Below, one piece after another: positions 47,556 through 57,995 of a stretch of 64,000 nucleotides of DNA. Made by a program: the position numbers and the translations under genes. The stretch is from an uncultured bacterium (lineage in GTDB: Bacteria; Verrucomicrobiota; Kiritimatiellia; RFP12; UBA1067): contig CACXRO010000010.1 of the NCBI GenBank assembly GCA_902770045.1, forward strand, positions 25,857-89,856, given 5' to 3'. Within the stretch, counting starts at the first letter, position 1; each line of letters starts with the position of its first letter. The notes under the pieces are model-generated. The model did not search any database and was not told the origin of the DNA. It saw nothing but the letters and a program-made list of their open reading frames with translations.

Positions 47556-49509
47556 ACACCTATCTATGAAACCAACCAACGACCAGCTTGACCTCGCTTC
47601 AAGAACCGTCCGCTGCCTCTGCGCGGACATGATCGACAAGGCAAACTCCGGCCACCCCGGCGCCGCGATGGGCATGGCGGACCTCGCGCTCGTCCTGTGG
47701 CTCGAGTTCCTCAACGTCGACCCCAAGGACCCGCTCTGGGCCGGGCGCGACCGCCTCGTCTTCTCCGGCGGGCACGCGAGCGCGCTCGTCTACGCGCTTT
47801 TCCACCTTTCCGGCATGGGCGGCCTCACGATGGACGAGCTCAAGACCTTCCGCCAGTGGGGCTCTCGCTGCGCGGGGCATCCCGAGCGCAGCCTCCTGCC
47901 CGGCGTGGAGGTGACCACCGGCCCGCTCGGCCAGGGCATCGCGATGGGCGTAGGCCTCGCGCTCGCCGCGAAGAAGTCGAAGATCGCCAACAAGACCTGG
48001 GTCTTCTGCGGCGACGGTGACCTCGAGGAGGGCATCAGCCACGAGGCGTGCAGCTGGGCCGGGGCGATGAAGCTCGACGACCTGGTGCTCGTCTACGACT
48101 CCAACCGCATCACCATCGAGGGTCCCACCGCGCTCGCCCTCGCCGACGACGTCAAGAAGCGCTTCGCGAGCTATGGCTGGAAGGTGCTCGAGGCCGACGG
48201 CCACGACTACGACGCCATCCGCTCCGCCTACCGCCGCGCGGCGAAGGTGAAGGGCCAGCCGGTGATTGTCGTCGCCAACACCGTGATCGGCCGCGGTGCC
48301 CCGACCAAGCAGGACACCGCCGACTGCCACGGCGCGCCGCTCGGCGCGGAGGAGACCGCGGCGCTCAAGCGCGCGCTCGGGTTCGACCCGGAGCGGTCCT
48401 TCGTCGTGCCGGACGAGGTGTACAAAATCTTCAAGTCGCGCACCGATTCGCTCCACCGCTTCGCGCTCAAGTGGAAGAAGACTGGCTGGAAGCGCCCGAT
48501 CGGCGATATGGCGGACCGCGCCGCGCTCGTCGCCGCGCTCCCGAAGTTCGACCCCGCGAAGCCGGTCGCCACCCGTGCGGCCTGCGGCGTGGTGATGAAC
48601 GCGCTCGCGCCGCTCGTCCCCGGGCTTGTCGGCGGCAGCGCCGACCTCGGGCCGTCGAACAAAACGGTCCTCAAGGGCTTCGGCGACGTCGGCCCCGGCG
48701 CGTTCGACGGGCGCAACGTCCACTTCGGCGTGCGCGAGCTCGGCATGTCCGCAATCGTCAACGGCTTCACCGCCTTCGACCCGGCCCTCCGCGGCTACGC
48801 GGCCACGTTCTTCGTCTTCTCCGACTACTGCCGCCCGGCGATCCGCCTCGCGGCGCTGATGGAGGTGCCGTCCATCTACGTCTTCTCGCACGACAGCTAC
48901 TGCGTGGGCGAGGACGGCCCCACCCACGAGCCGGTGGAGCACCTCGCCGCGCTCCGCGCGATGCCGAACGTGATGACCTGGCGGCCGGCGGACGCGAACG
49001 AGACCGCCTTCGCGTGGGTGGAGATCCTCCAGCACACGACGGGCCCGAGCTGCCTGCTGACGACGCGGCAGAACGTGCCGGTGCTGGACGGCGTGACCGC
49101 CGAGGGCGTCGCCAAGGGCGGCTACGACATCTACATCGCAGGTCCCCAGAACGCCGACACCATCCTCTTCCTCGCCACCGGATCCGAGGTGGCGCTCGCG
49201 GTCGAGGCGGCGAAGCGGCTGGCGGCCGAGGGCGTTGGCGTGCGCGTCGCGTCCTTCCCCTGCGTCGAGCGCTTCCACCGCGGGACGACGCCGGAATACC
49301 GCTGCGAGGTGCTGCCGCAGGAGATGCACAAGCGCGTAATCGTCGAGGCGGGGACGCGCTTCGGGCTGGACCGCTTCCGCATCGACTTCAGGACCACGGC
49401 CTATGTAACCATCGACCGCTACGGCGCCTCCGCGCCGTACAAGGAGCTTAGCGAGAGGTTCGGCTTCACGGTCGACAACGTCTACAAGGTCGCGAAGGAG
49501 CTGGTGTAG
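47556..49509 (+). CDS. tkt: transketolase
   Basis: The thiamine-diphosphate motif GHPG..GDGDLEEGISHEA, a pyrimidine-binding domain and a C-terminal domain are present. Confidence 0.95.
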
Positions 49510-49515
49510 GGGAAA

Positions 49516-50232
49516 ATGGCCGGGGCCGAGAGCGCGAAGACGGTCGTGGTGATCCCCACCTACGACGAGCTCGAGAACGTGGAGCGGATGGCAGCGGCGG
49601 TTCTCGCGACGCCGGGCGTGGAGCTACTCTTCGTGGACGACAACTCGCCCGACGGCACCGGCGCGAAGATCGACGAGATGGCGAAGTCCGAGCTGCGCGT
49701 CTCCTGCCTCCACCGCGAGCGCAAGGAGGGGCTCGGCCGCGCCTACGTGGCCGGCTTCGCGAAGGCGCTCTCGATGGGCGCGGGGAAGGTGGTGCAGATG
49801 GACTGCGACTTCTCCCACGACCCCAAGGATCTCGTCCGTCTCCTCGCCGAGGACGCCGACCTCGTGATCGGCTCGCGCTACGTGCCTGGCGGCTCCACGC
49901 CGGGCTGGCCGTTCAAGCGGCGGCTCATCTCGCGCTGCGGCGGCATCTTCATCCGCGCCGTCACCGGCATGCCGCTCCGCGACCCGACCGGCGGCTACAA
50001 GTGCTGGCGCGCGGAGACGCTGCGCCGGATCGACTTCGAGTCCGTCGCCTCGGCCGGCTACTCCTTCCAGCTGGAGATGAACCACCGCGCGTGGAAGGCG
50101 GGCTGCTCCATCCGCGAGATACCGATCCAGTTCTCCGACCGCGCGGCCGGATATTCCAAGATCACCGCCGGCATCGCCGTCGAATCGCTGAAGATCGCCC
50201 TGCGCCTCCGCTACGGCGGCGGGCGCGGATGA
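49516..50232 (+). CDS. polyprenol-phosphate mannosyltransferase-like GT2 glycosyltransferase (DPM1-like)
   Basis: VIPTYDELENV..VDDNSPDGTG..GSRY is the GT2 DxD family pattern. Confidence 0.75.
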   Translation: MAGAESAKTVVVIPTYDELENVERMAAAVLATPGVELLFVDDNSPDGTGAKIDEMAKSELRVSCLHRERKEGLGRAYVAGFAKALSMGAGKVVQMDCDFSHDPKDLVRLLAEDADLVIGSRYVPGGSTPGWPFKRRLISRCGGIFIRAVTGMPLRDPTGGYKCWRAETLRRIDFESVASAGYSFQLEMNHRAWKAGCSIREIPIQFSDRAAGYSKITAGIAVESLKIALRLRYGGGRG

Positions 50233-50253
50233 ACCCGGGAGGCGCTGGCGAAG

Positions 50254-50772
50254 ATGGAAGAGCCCAATCCCTCCCGAAGCTACGACGCCGCCTTCATGCG
50301 CATGGCGCTGGACGAGGCGCGGCGCGCGGCGGAGGAGGGCGAGGTGCCAACCGGCTGCGTAATCGTGGAGGAGCCGGCCGATCCCGCCGCGGACGCGTCG
50401 GAGGTCCGCATCCTCGGCCGCGCGCACAACCGTGTGGAGGGGCTCGGCGACGCCACCGCCCACGCCGAGATGCTCGCGCTCGCGCAGGCATTCGCCGCCC
50501 GCGGCGGCTGGCGGCTCGGCGGCACCCGGCTCTACGTCACCAAGGAACCGTGCCCGATGTGCGCCGGGGCGATCGTGCTCGCGCGCGTCGACGCGGTGGT
50601 CTGGGGCGTCTCCGACCCCAAGCGCGGCGGCTCGACCGAGTTCGGCATCTTCGCCCATCCGGGCATCAACCACCATCCGGCGGTCGTCGCCGGCGTCGAG
50701 GAGGAGGCGTCGCGCGCGGTGCTCGTCGACTTCTTCCGCCGCCGGCGCGAGGAGGGGGAAAGGGAGGAATGA
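50254..50772 (+). CDS. tadA: tRNA-specific adenosine deaminase
   Basis: The CDA-fold Zn motif HAEMLAL..PCPMCAGAI is present. There is a short Ala/Pro-rich insertion. Confidence 0.85.
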   Translation: MEEPNPSRSYDAAFMRMALDEARRAAEEGEVPTGCVIVEEPADPAADASEVRILGRAHNRVEGLGDATAHAEMLALAQAFAARGGWRLGGTRLYVTKEPCPMCAGAIVLARVDAVVWGVSDPKRGGSTEFGIFAHPGINHHPAVVAGVEEEASRAVLVDFFRRRREEGEREE

Positions 50773-51368
50773 AGACCAAGCCGCTTTTCATCGTGATCTC
50801 GGCGCCGTCCGGCTGCGGCAAGACGACGCTCATCGACATGCTGCTGCAGGAATACAGCGACATCGTCTACTCGATCTCCTGCACCACCCGCGCGCCGCGC
50901 GGCGAGGAGGAGGACGGGGTGGACTACCACTTCAAGACCGTGGAGCGCTTCGAGGAGCTCATCGCCGAGGACGCGTTCATCGAGCACGCGCGCGTGCACG
51001 GCAACTACTACGGCACGCTGCGCGAGCCGATCGAAAGCGCGCTTAAAGAAGGGTGCTCGGTGATCCTCGACATCGACGTGCAGGGCGCGGCGAAAGTGCG
51101 CGAGTTCGTGCGCGCGCTGCCGGACTCCGACCCGATGAAGGCAGGGTACGTGGACATCTTCATCCTGCCGCCGTCGATGGAGGAGCTTAGGTCTCGTCTC
51201 GTCGGCCGCGGCACCGACTCGCCGGAGGCGGTGGAGAAGCGGCTCGAAAACGCGGAGGGGGAGATCGCGCGGGCGGGCGAGTACATGTTCAGGGTGACCA
51301 ACGACGACCTCGGCATGGCCTACCGCCGGCTCTGCGACCTCATCGACGCCCTTTCAGGAAGGATGTGA
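50769..51368 (+). CDS. gmk: guanylate kinase
   Basis: P-loop SAPSGCGKTT and SISCTTRAPRGEE..GVDYHF are present. ATGA overlap with tadA. Confidence 0.9.
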   Translation: MKTKPLFIVISAPSGCGKTTLIDMLLQEYSDIVYSISCTTRAPRGEEEDGVDYHFKTVERFEELIAEDAFIEHARVHGNYYGTLREPIESALKEGCSVILDIDVQGAAKVREFVRALPDSDPMKAGYVDIFILPPSMEELRSRLVGRGTDSPEAVEKRLENAEGEIARAGEYMFRVTNDDLGMAYRRLCDLIDALSGRM

Positions 51369-51375
51369 AAAGGAT

Positions 51376-52527
51376 ATGAAAACCAAGAGACTGAAATACG
51401 CAATGATCGGCGGCGCGAAGGGCTCGTTCATCGGCCCCATCCACCGCATGGCGATAAGGCTGGACGACCTCGCCGACCTCGCGGCCGGCTGTTTCTCGCG
51501 CGACGCGCGCAACAACGCCGCGACCGGCGCGAAGCTGCGGCTCGACCCGAAGCGGGTCTACCCCGGCTGGCGCGAGCTGATCGCGGCCGAGCGCGGCAAG
51601 GTGGACTTCGTCGTAGTCTGCACCACCAACGAGACCCACTACGAGATCGCGCGCGCCGCGCTCGAGGCCGGGTTCGACGTCCTCTGCGAGAAGCCGCTCT
51701 CGCTGACCGTCCCCGAGGCCGAGGAGCTCGGCCGCGTCGCCAGGCGCCGGCGGCGCGTCCTGGGGATTCCCTTCACCTACACCGGCTACCCGATGGTGAA
51801 GCTCGCGCGCGACCTCGTGCGCAGGGGCGAGCTGGGCAAAGTCGACAAGGTGGTGCTCGAGTACGTGCAGGGGTCGTTTCGCAAGGTGGACTTCTCCAAG
51901 CCGCTCGACCGCCACAACGCCTGGAAGATGAACCCGAAGATCTCCGGCCCGAGCTGCGTGGTGGCGGACATCGGCGTCCACGCCTTCACCATGGTCGAGT
52001 ACGTGACCGGCCTCGAGGCGAAGACGCTCCTCGCCGACCTCTCGTCCTTCGCGCCCGGCAACAAGCTGGACGACGACGCGTCCATCCTCATGCGCCTCGG
52101 CTCCGCGAAGGGCGGCGCGCGCGGCGCGTCGGCCAAGGCGTCGCTCGTCGTCTCCAAGATCGCGACCGGCGAGGAGAACGGCGTCAGGCTGCGCGTCTAC
52201 GGCGACAAGGCGTCGCTCCACTGGGACCAGGAGGCGCCGAACTACCTGACGCTCAAGTACCCGCTCCAGCCCGACCGCGTCTTCCGCCGCAAGGCGCCGT
52301 ACGTGGCCGACCTCTCGCCGGCGTCGGTGAAGGCGTCGCGCTTCCCGGCCGGCCACCACGAGGGGTTCGTCGAGGCGCTCGCCACGATCTACGACGAGTT
52401 CGTCGCCGCGGTCCTAACGCGCCGCGCCTGCGACTACCCCGGCCCGCGCGAGGGCGTCCGCTCGATGCGCTTCGTCGAGGCGGCGCTCGCGTCCAACGCC
52501 AAGGGCAGCGCCTGGGTGAGGGTGTAG
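51376..52527 (+). CDS. Gfo/Idh/MocA family oxidoreductase (cytoplasmic)
   Basis: N-terminal Rossmann fold (YAMIGGAKGSFIG) and the EKPLSLT motif. Confidence 0.75.
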   Translation: MKTKRLKYAMIGGAKGSFIGPIHRMAIRLDDLADLAAGCFSRDARNNAATGAKLRLDPKRVYPGWRELIAAERGKVDFVVVCTTNETHYEIARAALEAGFDVLCEKPLSLTVPEAEELGRVARRRRRVLGIPFTYTGYPMVKLARDLVRRGELGKVDKVVLEYVQGSFRKVDFSKPLDRHNAWKMNPKISGPSCVVADIGVHAFTMVEYVTGLEAKTLLADLSSFAPGNKLDDDASILMRLGSAKGGARGASAKASLVVSKIATGEENGVRLRVYGDKASLHWDQEAPNYLTLKYPLQPDRVFRRKAPYVADLSPASVKASRFPAGHHEGFVEALATIYDEFVAAVLTRRACDYPGPREGVRSMRFVEAALASNAKGSAWVRV

Positions 52528-52553
52528 TACGGGCGCACGCGCACGGGGATTTT

Positions 52554-52562
52554 TGGTATAAT
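52554..52562 (+). promoter_or_regulatory. extended -10 (TGGTATAATTC) with ~40 nt leader and AAGGAG ribosome-binding site for rhaA
   Basis: TATAAT is at 52557-62 and ATG is at 52603. Confidence 0.5.
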
Positions 52563-52602
52563 TCAACAAAACCGGACCTAGTCCACCAAAGGAGAAAACA
52601 CC

Positions 52603-53841
52603 ATGAGCTACAAGGAAGCCAAGTCAAAGTACGCGAAGATCGGCATCGACACCGAGAAGGTGATCGCCGACCTCGGCAAGATCTCCATCTCCCTCCACTG
52701 CTGGCAGGGCGACGACGTAGGCGGGTTCGAGACGACCGGCGGCGCCTCCGGCGGCATCCAGACGACCGGCAACTACCCCGGCAAGGCGCGCACGCCCGCG
52801 GAGCTGATGCAGGACCTCTCCTTCGCGCTCGGCCTCATCCCCGGCAGGCACCGCGTCAACCTCCACGCCTGCTACGGCATCCACGAGGGCAAGGTGGTCG
52901 ACCGCGACAAGATCGGCCCCAAGCAGTTCGAGCCGTGGGTGAAGTGGGCGAAGAAGACCGGCGTGAAGCTCGACTTCAACCCCACTTTCTTCTCGCATCC
53001 GCTCGCCGCCGACTCGCTCACCCTCTCCAACCCCGACCCGAAGGTCCGCAGGTTCTGGATCAACCACGGCATCCAGTGCCTCAAGATCGCGGAGTACTTC
53101 GCGAAGGAGCTCAAGAGCCCGTGCGGCATCAACTTCTGGTGCCCCGACGGCTACAAGGACGAGCCCTCGGACCGCCTCGGCCCGCGGCTCAGGATGGCCG
53201 ACTCGCTCGACAAGATCTTCAGGTACAAGTACAACAAGAAGGCGGTCATTCCGTTCCTCGAGTCGAAGCTCTTCGGCATCGGCCTCGAGAGCTACACCGT
53301 CAACTCCCATGAGTTCGTGATGGGCTACGCGATGAAGGCGAAGATCCTCGCGCTCCTCGACATGGGCCACTTCCACATCTCGGAGTCGGTGGCGGACAAG
53401 ATCAGCTCCTTCCTCTACACCTTCGGCAAGGTCGCGTTCCACATCTCGCGCCCGGTCCGGTGGGACTCCGACCACGTGATCCGCCAGAACGACGACCTCC
53501 GGGCCGCCGCACAGGAGATCGTGAAGATGGACCCGAAGAACTTCATCATCGCGCTCGACTACTTCGACGCCTCGATCAACCGCGTCGCCGCCTGGGTGCT
53601 CGGCATGCGCAACATGCAGAAGGAGCTCCTCAAGGCGATGCTGACGCCGTGGAAGGAGCTGAAGGCGATGCAGGACGCGCAGGAGTTCACCTCGCAGCTC
53701 GTCCTGCAGGAGGAGTACAAGAACTACCCGGCCGAGGAGGTGTGGGCGGAGTTCTGCCGCCGCGCCGGCGTGCCGGCCGGCGAGGCCTGGCTCGACGGCG
53801 TGAAGAAGTACGAGCGCGACGTGCTCGCGAAGCGCGCCTGA
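52603..53841 (+). CDS. rhaA: L-rhamnose isomerase
   Basis: SLHCWQGDDVGGFE and the overall similarity to E. coli RhaA. Confidence 0.85.
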   Translation: MSYKEAKSKYAKIGIDTEKVIADLGKISISLHCWQGDDVGGFETTGGASGGIQTTGNYPGKARTPAELMQDLSFALGLIPGRHRVNLHACYGIHEGKVVDRDKIGPKQFEPWVKWAKKTGVKLDFNPTFFSHPLAADSLTLSNPDPKVRRFWINHGIQCLKIAEYFAKELKSPCGINFWCPDGYKDEPSDRLGPRLRMADSLDKIFRYKYNKKAVIPFLESKLFGIGLESYTVNSHEFVMGYAMKAKILALLDMGHFHISESVADKISSFLYTFGKVAFHISRPVRWDSDHVIRQNDDLRAAAQEIVKMDPKNFIIALDYFDASINRVAAWVLGMRNMQKELLKAMLTPWKELKAMQDAQEFTSQLVLQEEYKNYPAEEVWAEFCRRAGVPAGEAWLDGVKKYERDVLAKRA

Positions 53842-53857
53842 GGCGGGGAGGTCCGGC

Positions 53858-55045
53858 ATGAAGCAGGGCTGGAGATGGTACGGCGACGCGGACGCGATCA
53901 CCCTGAAGGAGATCCGGCAGGCCGGGGTAACGGACATCGTCGCGGCGCTCTACGAGCGCAGGCCCGGCGAGGTCTGGCCGGTCGCCGAGATCAGGGCGCG
54001 CGCGAAGAAGGTGAAGGACGCCGGGATGACCTGGAGCGTCGTCGAGTCGGTGCCGGTCCACGAGGACATCAAGAAGCGCACCGGCGACTACCTCAAGTAC
54101 GTCGCGAACTACAAGCAGACGCTGAGGAACCTCGCGAAGTGCGGCATCAGGACCGTCTGCTACAACTTCATGCCGGTCCTCGACTGGACGCGCTCCAACC
54201 TCACCTACGCGCTCGCGGACGGCTCCACCTGCCTCGAGTACAACGAGTACGAGCTCGCCGGCTTCGACCTCTTCTACCTCAAGCGCCCCGGCGCGGAGAA
54301 GGAGTACGACGCGAAGACCAGGGCGCGGGCGAAGAAGACGTGGGCGAAGCTCGACAAAAAGGGCAGGAAGCGCGTCGCGGACTCCGTCCTCTGCGGTCTC
54401 CCGGGCACGGTGGACGACCTCACGCCAGCCGAGTTCCTCGCCCAGCTCAAGACCTACGACGGCATCGACGACCGGAAGCTCCGCGAGAACATGTACTGGT
54501 TCCTCAACGAGATCTCGCCGGTCCTCGAGGAGACCGGCGTCGACATGTGCATTCACCCCGACGACCCGCCGCACCCGATCTTCGGGCTGCCGCGGATCCT
54601 CTCGAACGCGAAGGACATCGCCGAGATGTACCGCCGCTGCCCGTCGAGGCACGTCGGCCTCACGCTCTGCACCGGCAGCCTCGGCGGCGACCCGCGGAAC
54701 GACGCGGTGGAGATCATGAAGAAGTTCGGCAAGCGCGTCTTCTTCTGCCATTTCCGCAACCTCGAGTACACCGACGACAAGGTGTTCCACGAGTCGCAGT
54801 GCCACCTCTGCGGGCAGACGAACATCCCGAAGCTCTTCGAGGAGTTCCTCAAGGAGGAGAAGCGCCGCGGCGAGGGGATCGTCGTGCGGCCCGACCACGG
54901 CCGCTACCTCGAGATCGACCGCGAGCTCGCCAGGCTCAAGGGCAAGGACTGCTACTGCGGCTACAGCTACGGCGGGAGGCTCATCGGCCTCGCGGAGCTG
55001 CGCGGGCTGGAGATAGGTTTGAAATACGCAAGGAAAGGAAAATAG
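53858..55045 (+). CDS. uxuA: mannonate dehydratase
   Basis: WRWYG..TLRNLAKCGIRTVCYNFMPVLDWTRS..HPDDPP..GLPRI is a close match to UxuA. Confidence 0.9.
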   Translation: MKQGWRWYGDADAITLKEIRQAGVTDIVAALYERRPGEVWPVAEIRARAKKVKDAGMTWSVVESVPVHEDIKKRTGDYLKYVANYKQTLRNLAKCGIRTVCYNFMPVLDWTRSNLTYALADGSTCLEYNEYELAGFDLFYLKRPGAEKEYDAKTRARAKKTWAKLDKKGRKRVADSVLCGLPGTVDDLTPAEFLAQLKTYDGIDDRKLRENMYWFLNEISPVLEETGVDMCIHPDDPPHPIFGLPRILSNAKDIAEMYRRCPSRHVGLTLCTGSLGGDPRNDAVEIMKKFGKRVFFCHFRNLEYTDDKVFHESQCHLCGQTNIPKLFEEFLKEEKRRGEGIVVRPDHGRYLEIDRELARLKGKDCYCGYSYGGRLIGLAELRGLEIGLKYARKGK

Positions 55046-55048
55046 TCC

Positions 55049-56419
55049 ATGAACCAGTCAAGGAGGTCGTTCCTCAAGGGGGCGGCGGCGATCGGCGCGT
55101 TCAACCTCGTGCCGGCGAAGGTGCTGTGGGGGGCGGACGCGCCGTCCAACCAGCTCACCCGCGCGCTCATCGGCTTCGGCAGCATCGCGCACAGCGAGAA
55201 CCACCTGCCGTTCAAGGGCTCGCGCCTCGTGGGCCTCTGCGACCCCGACCAGCTGCGCGTCGCGGAGGGCCTCGAGGCCGCCGAGAAGAACGGCTGGGGC
55301 AAGGTCAAGGCGTACAAGGACTTCCTGGAGCTTCTCGCCGACCCGGGCGTGGACATCGTCCACATCTGCACCCCGCCGCACTGGCACGGCGTGCAGTCGC
55401 TGATGGCCGCGCGCGCGGGCAAGGACATCTGGTGCGAAAAACCGATGACCCGTACCGTCGGCGAGGGCAAGCGGGTGATGGAGTACGTGAAGGCCAAGGG
55501 GCGGATGTTCCGCCTCAACACCTGGTTCCGCTTCCAGGGCGGCTTCTACGGCTTCGGCACCACGGTGAAGCCAATCCGCCAGGTGGTCGAGGGCGGCGTC
55601 CTCGGCAAGGGCCCGCTCAGGTGCGTCTTCGGCGCGGGGCAGGGCTTCAGCTGGAAGTTCTACTGGTCCGGCAAGGTCAACCTCGACCCGGAGCCGTGTC
55701 CCAAGACCTTCGACTGGGACATGTGGCTCGGCCCGGCGCCGTGGAAGCCCTACAACAAGCATCGCACCCACGGCACCTTCCGCGGCTACTGGGACTACGA
55801 CTCCGGCGGGCTCGGCGACATGGCCCAGCACTACCTCGACCCGCTCCAGTACCTGCTGTGCAAGGACGAGACGAGCCCGGTGAAGGTGGAGTACGTCGGC
55901 CCGAAGCAGCATCCGGACGTGGTCGGCCGTTTCGACCGCATCACCCTCACCTACGACGACGGCACCGAGGTGATCCTCGACGGCGACGAGTCGCTCAAGG
56001 ACGAGCCGCTCTTGCGCGGCGCGAACGGGGTGACGGTGTGGCCGGTCGGCAAGCTCGACGGCAAGGTGATCAACGGCGGCTGGACGAACGAGGACGTGGC
56101 GAAGAAGCAGTTCTTCGGCATGCTTGACTCGAACGGCGTGAAGATGGACGTCCCGGCGCTCTTGAAGTCGCTGCCCGAGCCCGCGCCGCAGCAGACCGAC
56201 TTCATCGACAGCGTGCGCACCCGCCGGAAGTTCTGCCTCAACGAGGAGACCGGCTTCCGCAGCTGCACCATGTTCAACCTCGCGATCGCCGCCGAGCGAC
56301 TCGGCCGCGGCTTCGAGTTCGACCCGGTGAAGCTGGTGGCGAAGGGCGACGATGCGGCCAACCGCTTCCTCTACCAGGAGATGCGCGAGCCCTGGGCGAG
56401 CGAGTTCGCGCGCGACTGA
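55049..56419 (+). CDS. Tat-secreted Gfo/Idh/MocA family oxidoreductase (GH109-like)
   Basis: Twin-arginine signal SRRSFLKGAAAIGAF and an NAD-binding oxidoreductase fold. Confidence 0.7.
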   Translation: MNQSRRSFLKGAAAIGAFNLVPAKVLWGADAPSNQLTRALIGFGSIAHSENHLPFKGSRLVGLCDPDQLRVAEGLEAAEKNGWGKVKAYKDFLELLADPGVDIVHICTPPHWHGVQSLMAARAGKDIWCEKPMTRTVGEGKRVMEYVKAKGRMFRLNTWFRFQGGFYGFGTTVKPIRQVVEGGVLGKGPLRCVFGAGQGFSWKFYWSGKVNLDPEPCPKTFDWDMWLGPAPWKPYNKHRTHGTFRGYWDYDSGGLGDMAQHYLDPLQYLLCKDETSPVKVEYVGPKQHPDVVGRFDRITLTYDDGTEVILDGDESLKDEPLLRGANGVTVWPVGKLDGKVINGGWTNEDVAKKQFFGMLDSNGVKMDVPALLKSLPEPAPQQTDFIDSVRTRRKFCLNEETGFRSCTMFNLAIAAERLGRGFEFDPVKLVAKGDDAANRFLYQEMREPWASEFARD

Positions 56420-56429
56420 CGGAAAGGAG

Positions 56430-56984
56430 AAGCAGACGATGAACCTGAAGACAGCATTTGCGGTCCTTGCCGCGGCTTTCGCCGCGGCCACGCTCGAGGC
56501 CAAGGACCAGTACGACATCCGCCCCGGCGAGAGCTCGTCCGCGGCGCTTACCGCCGTCGAGTGGCAGTCGACGAACGCGGCCGCGCTTGCGGCGGCGACG
56601 ACCCCTGCGGCGCTCGCCGCGCACGTCGCGACCGCCGAGGCCGCCGCCGCGCTGCTCGAGAAGGTGAAGGGCGCCTACCACACCGATCCGCTCGACGCCC
56701 ACGTGATTGGCGCCGTCAGCCAGTACGTGATGACCCTCAAGGGCGGCTTCAGCCTCGCCTTCTGGAAGACGTCCGTCGCGCCGGAGCGCGAGCTCTGGTC
56801 CGCCGCGCTCCTGAAGCGGGCAGAGGACGCCGACGACCCCTACGTGAAGCAGTTCTGCCTCGACCAGCTGCGCTGGTGCGGACTCAAGTGCCAGGCCGCG
56901 GCGATCGCGGCAATCGGCGAGAAGTCGTCCGACAAGGGCGTCAAGGACCTCGCCTACATCGCCTCAAAGGAGCTTTCCAGGTAG
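56430..56984 (+). CDS. secreted hypothetical protein
   Basis: Signal peptide MNLKTAFAVLAAAFAAATLEA and an AAAGGAG ribosome-binding site. Confidence 0.5.
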   Translation, partial: KQTMNLKTAFAVLAAAFAAATLEAKDQYDIRPGESSSAALTAVEWQSTNAAALAAATTPAALAAHVATAEAAAALLEKVKGAYHTDPLDAHVIGAVSQYVMTLKGGFSLAFWKTSVAPERELWSAALLKRAEDADDPYVKQFCLDQLRWCGLKCQAAAIAAIGEKSSDKGVKDLAYIASKELSR

Positions 56985-56985
56985 G

Positions 56986-57966
56986 ATGCGCGTAGTCTTC
57001 ATGGGTTCTTCGCCGGCCTCGGTCGAGTGCCTTCGCGCCATCCTGCGCGAACCGGAGCTCGAAGTGGTCGGCGTGGTCACCCAGCCGGACCGCCCCGCCG
57101 GGCGCGGCAAGGCGCTCACGCCGAGCGCGGTGGCGCGCTTCGCGGCGGAGCACGGCATCGCCGACATCCTCAAGCCGGACCGCGTCAACGACCCGGAGCC
57201 GATGGCGTGGCTGCGCGAGCGGCGGCCGGACGTGATCGCGGTCGTCGCCTACGGCCAGATCCTCAAGCAGCCGCTCCTCGACCTGCCGCTCTTCGGCTGC
57301 GTCAATTGCCACTTCTCGCTGCTCCCCAAGTACCGCGGCGCGGCGCCGGTGGTGGCCGCGCTCGAGGCAGGCGAGCGGCTCACCGGGGTGACGGTGATGC
57401 ACATGGGTCCGGGGCTGGACGATGGGCCGATCATGCTCCAGAGCTTCGAGCCGATCTACCCCGACACCACCGGCGGTGCGCTGATGAACGACCTCGCGAT
57501 CGCCGGCGGCTGCGCGCTCGCCAAGGCGCTGAGGCTCCTGAACCGCAACGCGCTGCCGCCGGAGGTGCCGCAGGACGACGCGGCCGCGACGTTCGTGAAG
57601 AAGCTCAAGAAGACCGACGGGCTCATCGACTGGGACCGGCCGGTGATCGTGACCGAGCGGAAGATCAGGGCCTACAACCCCTGGCCCGGCTCGTACACGT
57701 TCCTGCCCGAGCGCTTCCGCCGCAAGGGCAACACCGGGCGACTGGTGGTGCTGCGCTCGAAAATAGTCCGGCTCGAGCCCGGCTGGGAGGCATACGCCCC
57801 CGGGACGGTGCTCAAGGTCGGCAAGGAGGGGCCGGTGGTCAGGTGCCACGACACCGCGCTCCTGCTTTCGGAGGTGAAACCCGAGGGCGCGGCGGCGATG
57901 GACGGCGGCGCGTTCGTGCGGGGGCGTCCGCTCAAGCCGTTCGAGGACGTCCTCCTCGACGCATAG
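56986..57966 (+). CDS. fmt: methionyl-tRNA formyltransferase
   Basis: RVVFMGS.., HFSLLPKYRGAAP and the C-terminal domain are present. Confidence 0.9.
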   Translation: MRVVFMGSSPASVECLRAILREPELEVVGVVTQPDRPAGRGKALTPSAVARFAAEHGIADILKPDRVNDPEPMAWLRERRPDVIAVVAYGQILKQPLLDLPLFGCVNCHFSLLPKYRGAAPVVAALEAGERLTGVTVMHMGPGLDDGPIMLQSFEPIYPDTTGGALMNDLAIAGGCALAKALRLLNRNALPPEVPQDDAAATFVKKLKKTDGLIDWDRPVIVTERKIRAYNPWPGSYTFLPERFRRKGNTGRLVVLRSKIVRLEPGWEAYAPGTVLKVGKEGPVVRCHDTALLLSEVKPEGAAAMDGGAFVRGRPLKPFEDVLLDA

Positions 57967-57995
57967 GCCGGCACAATTTCAAGGAGGAATACCGC

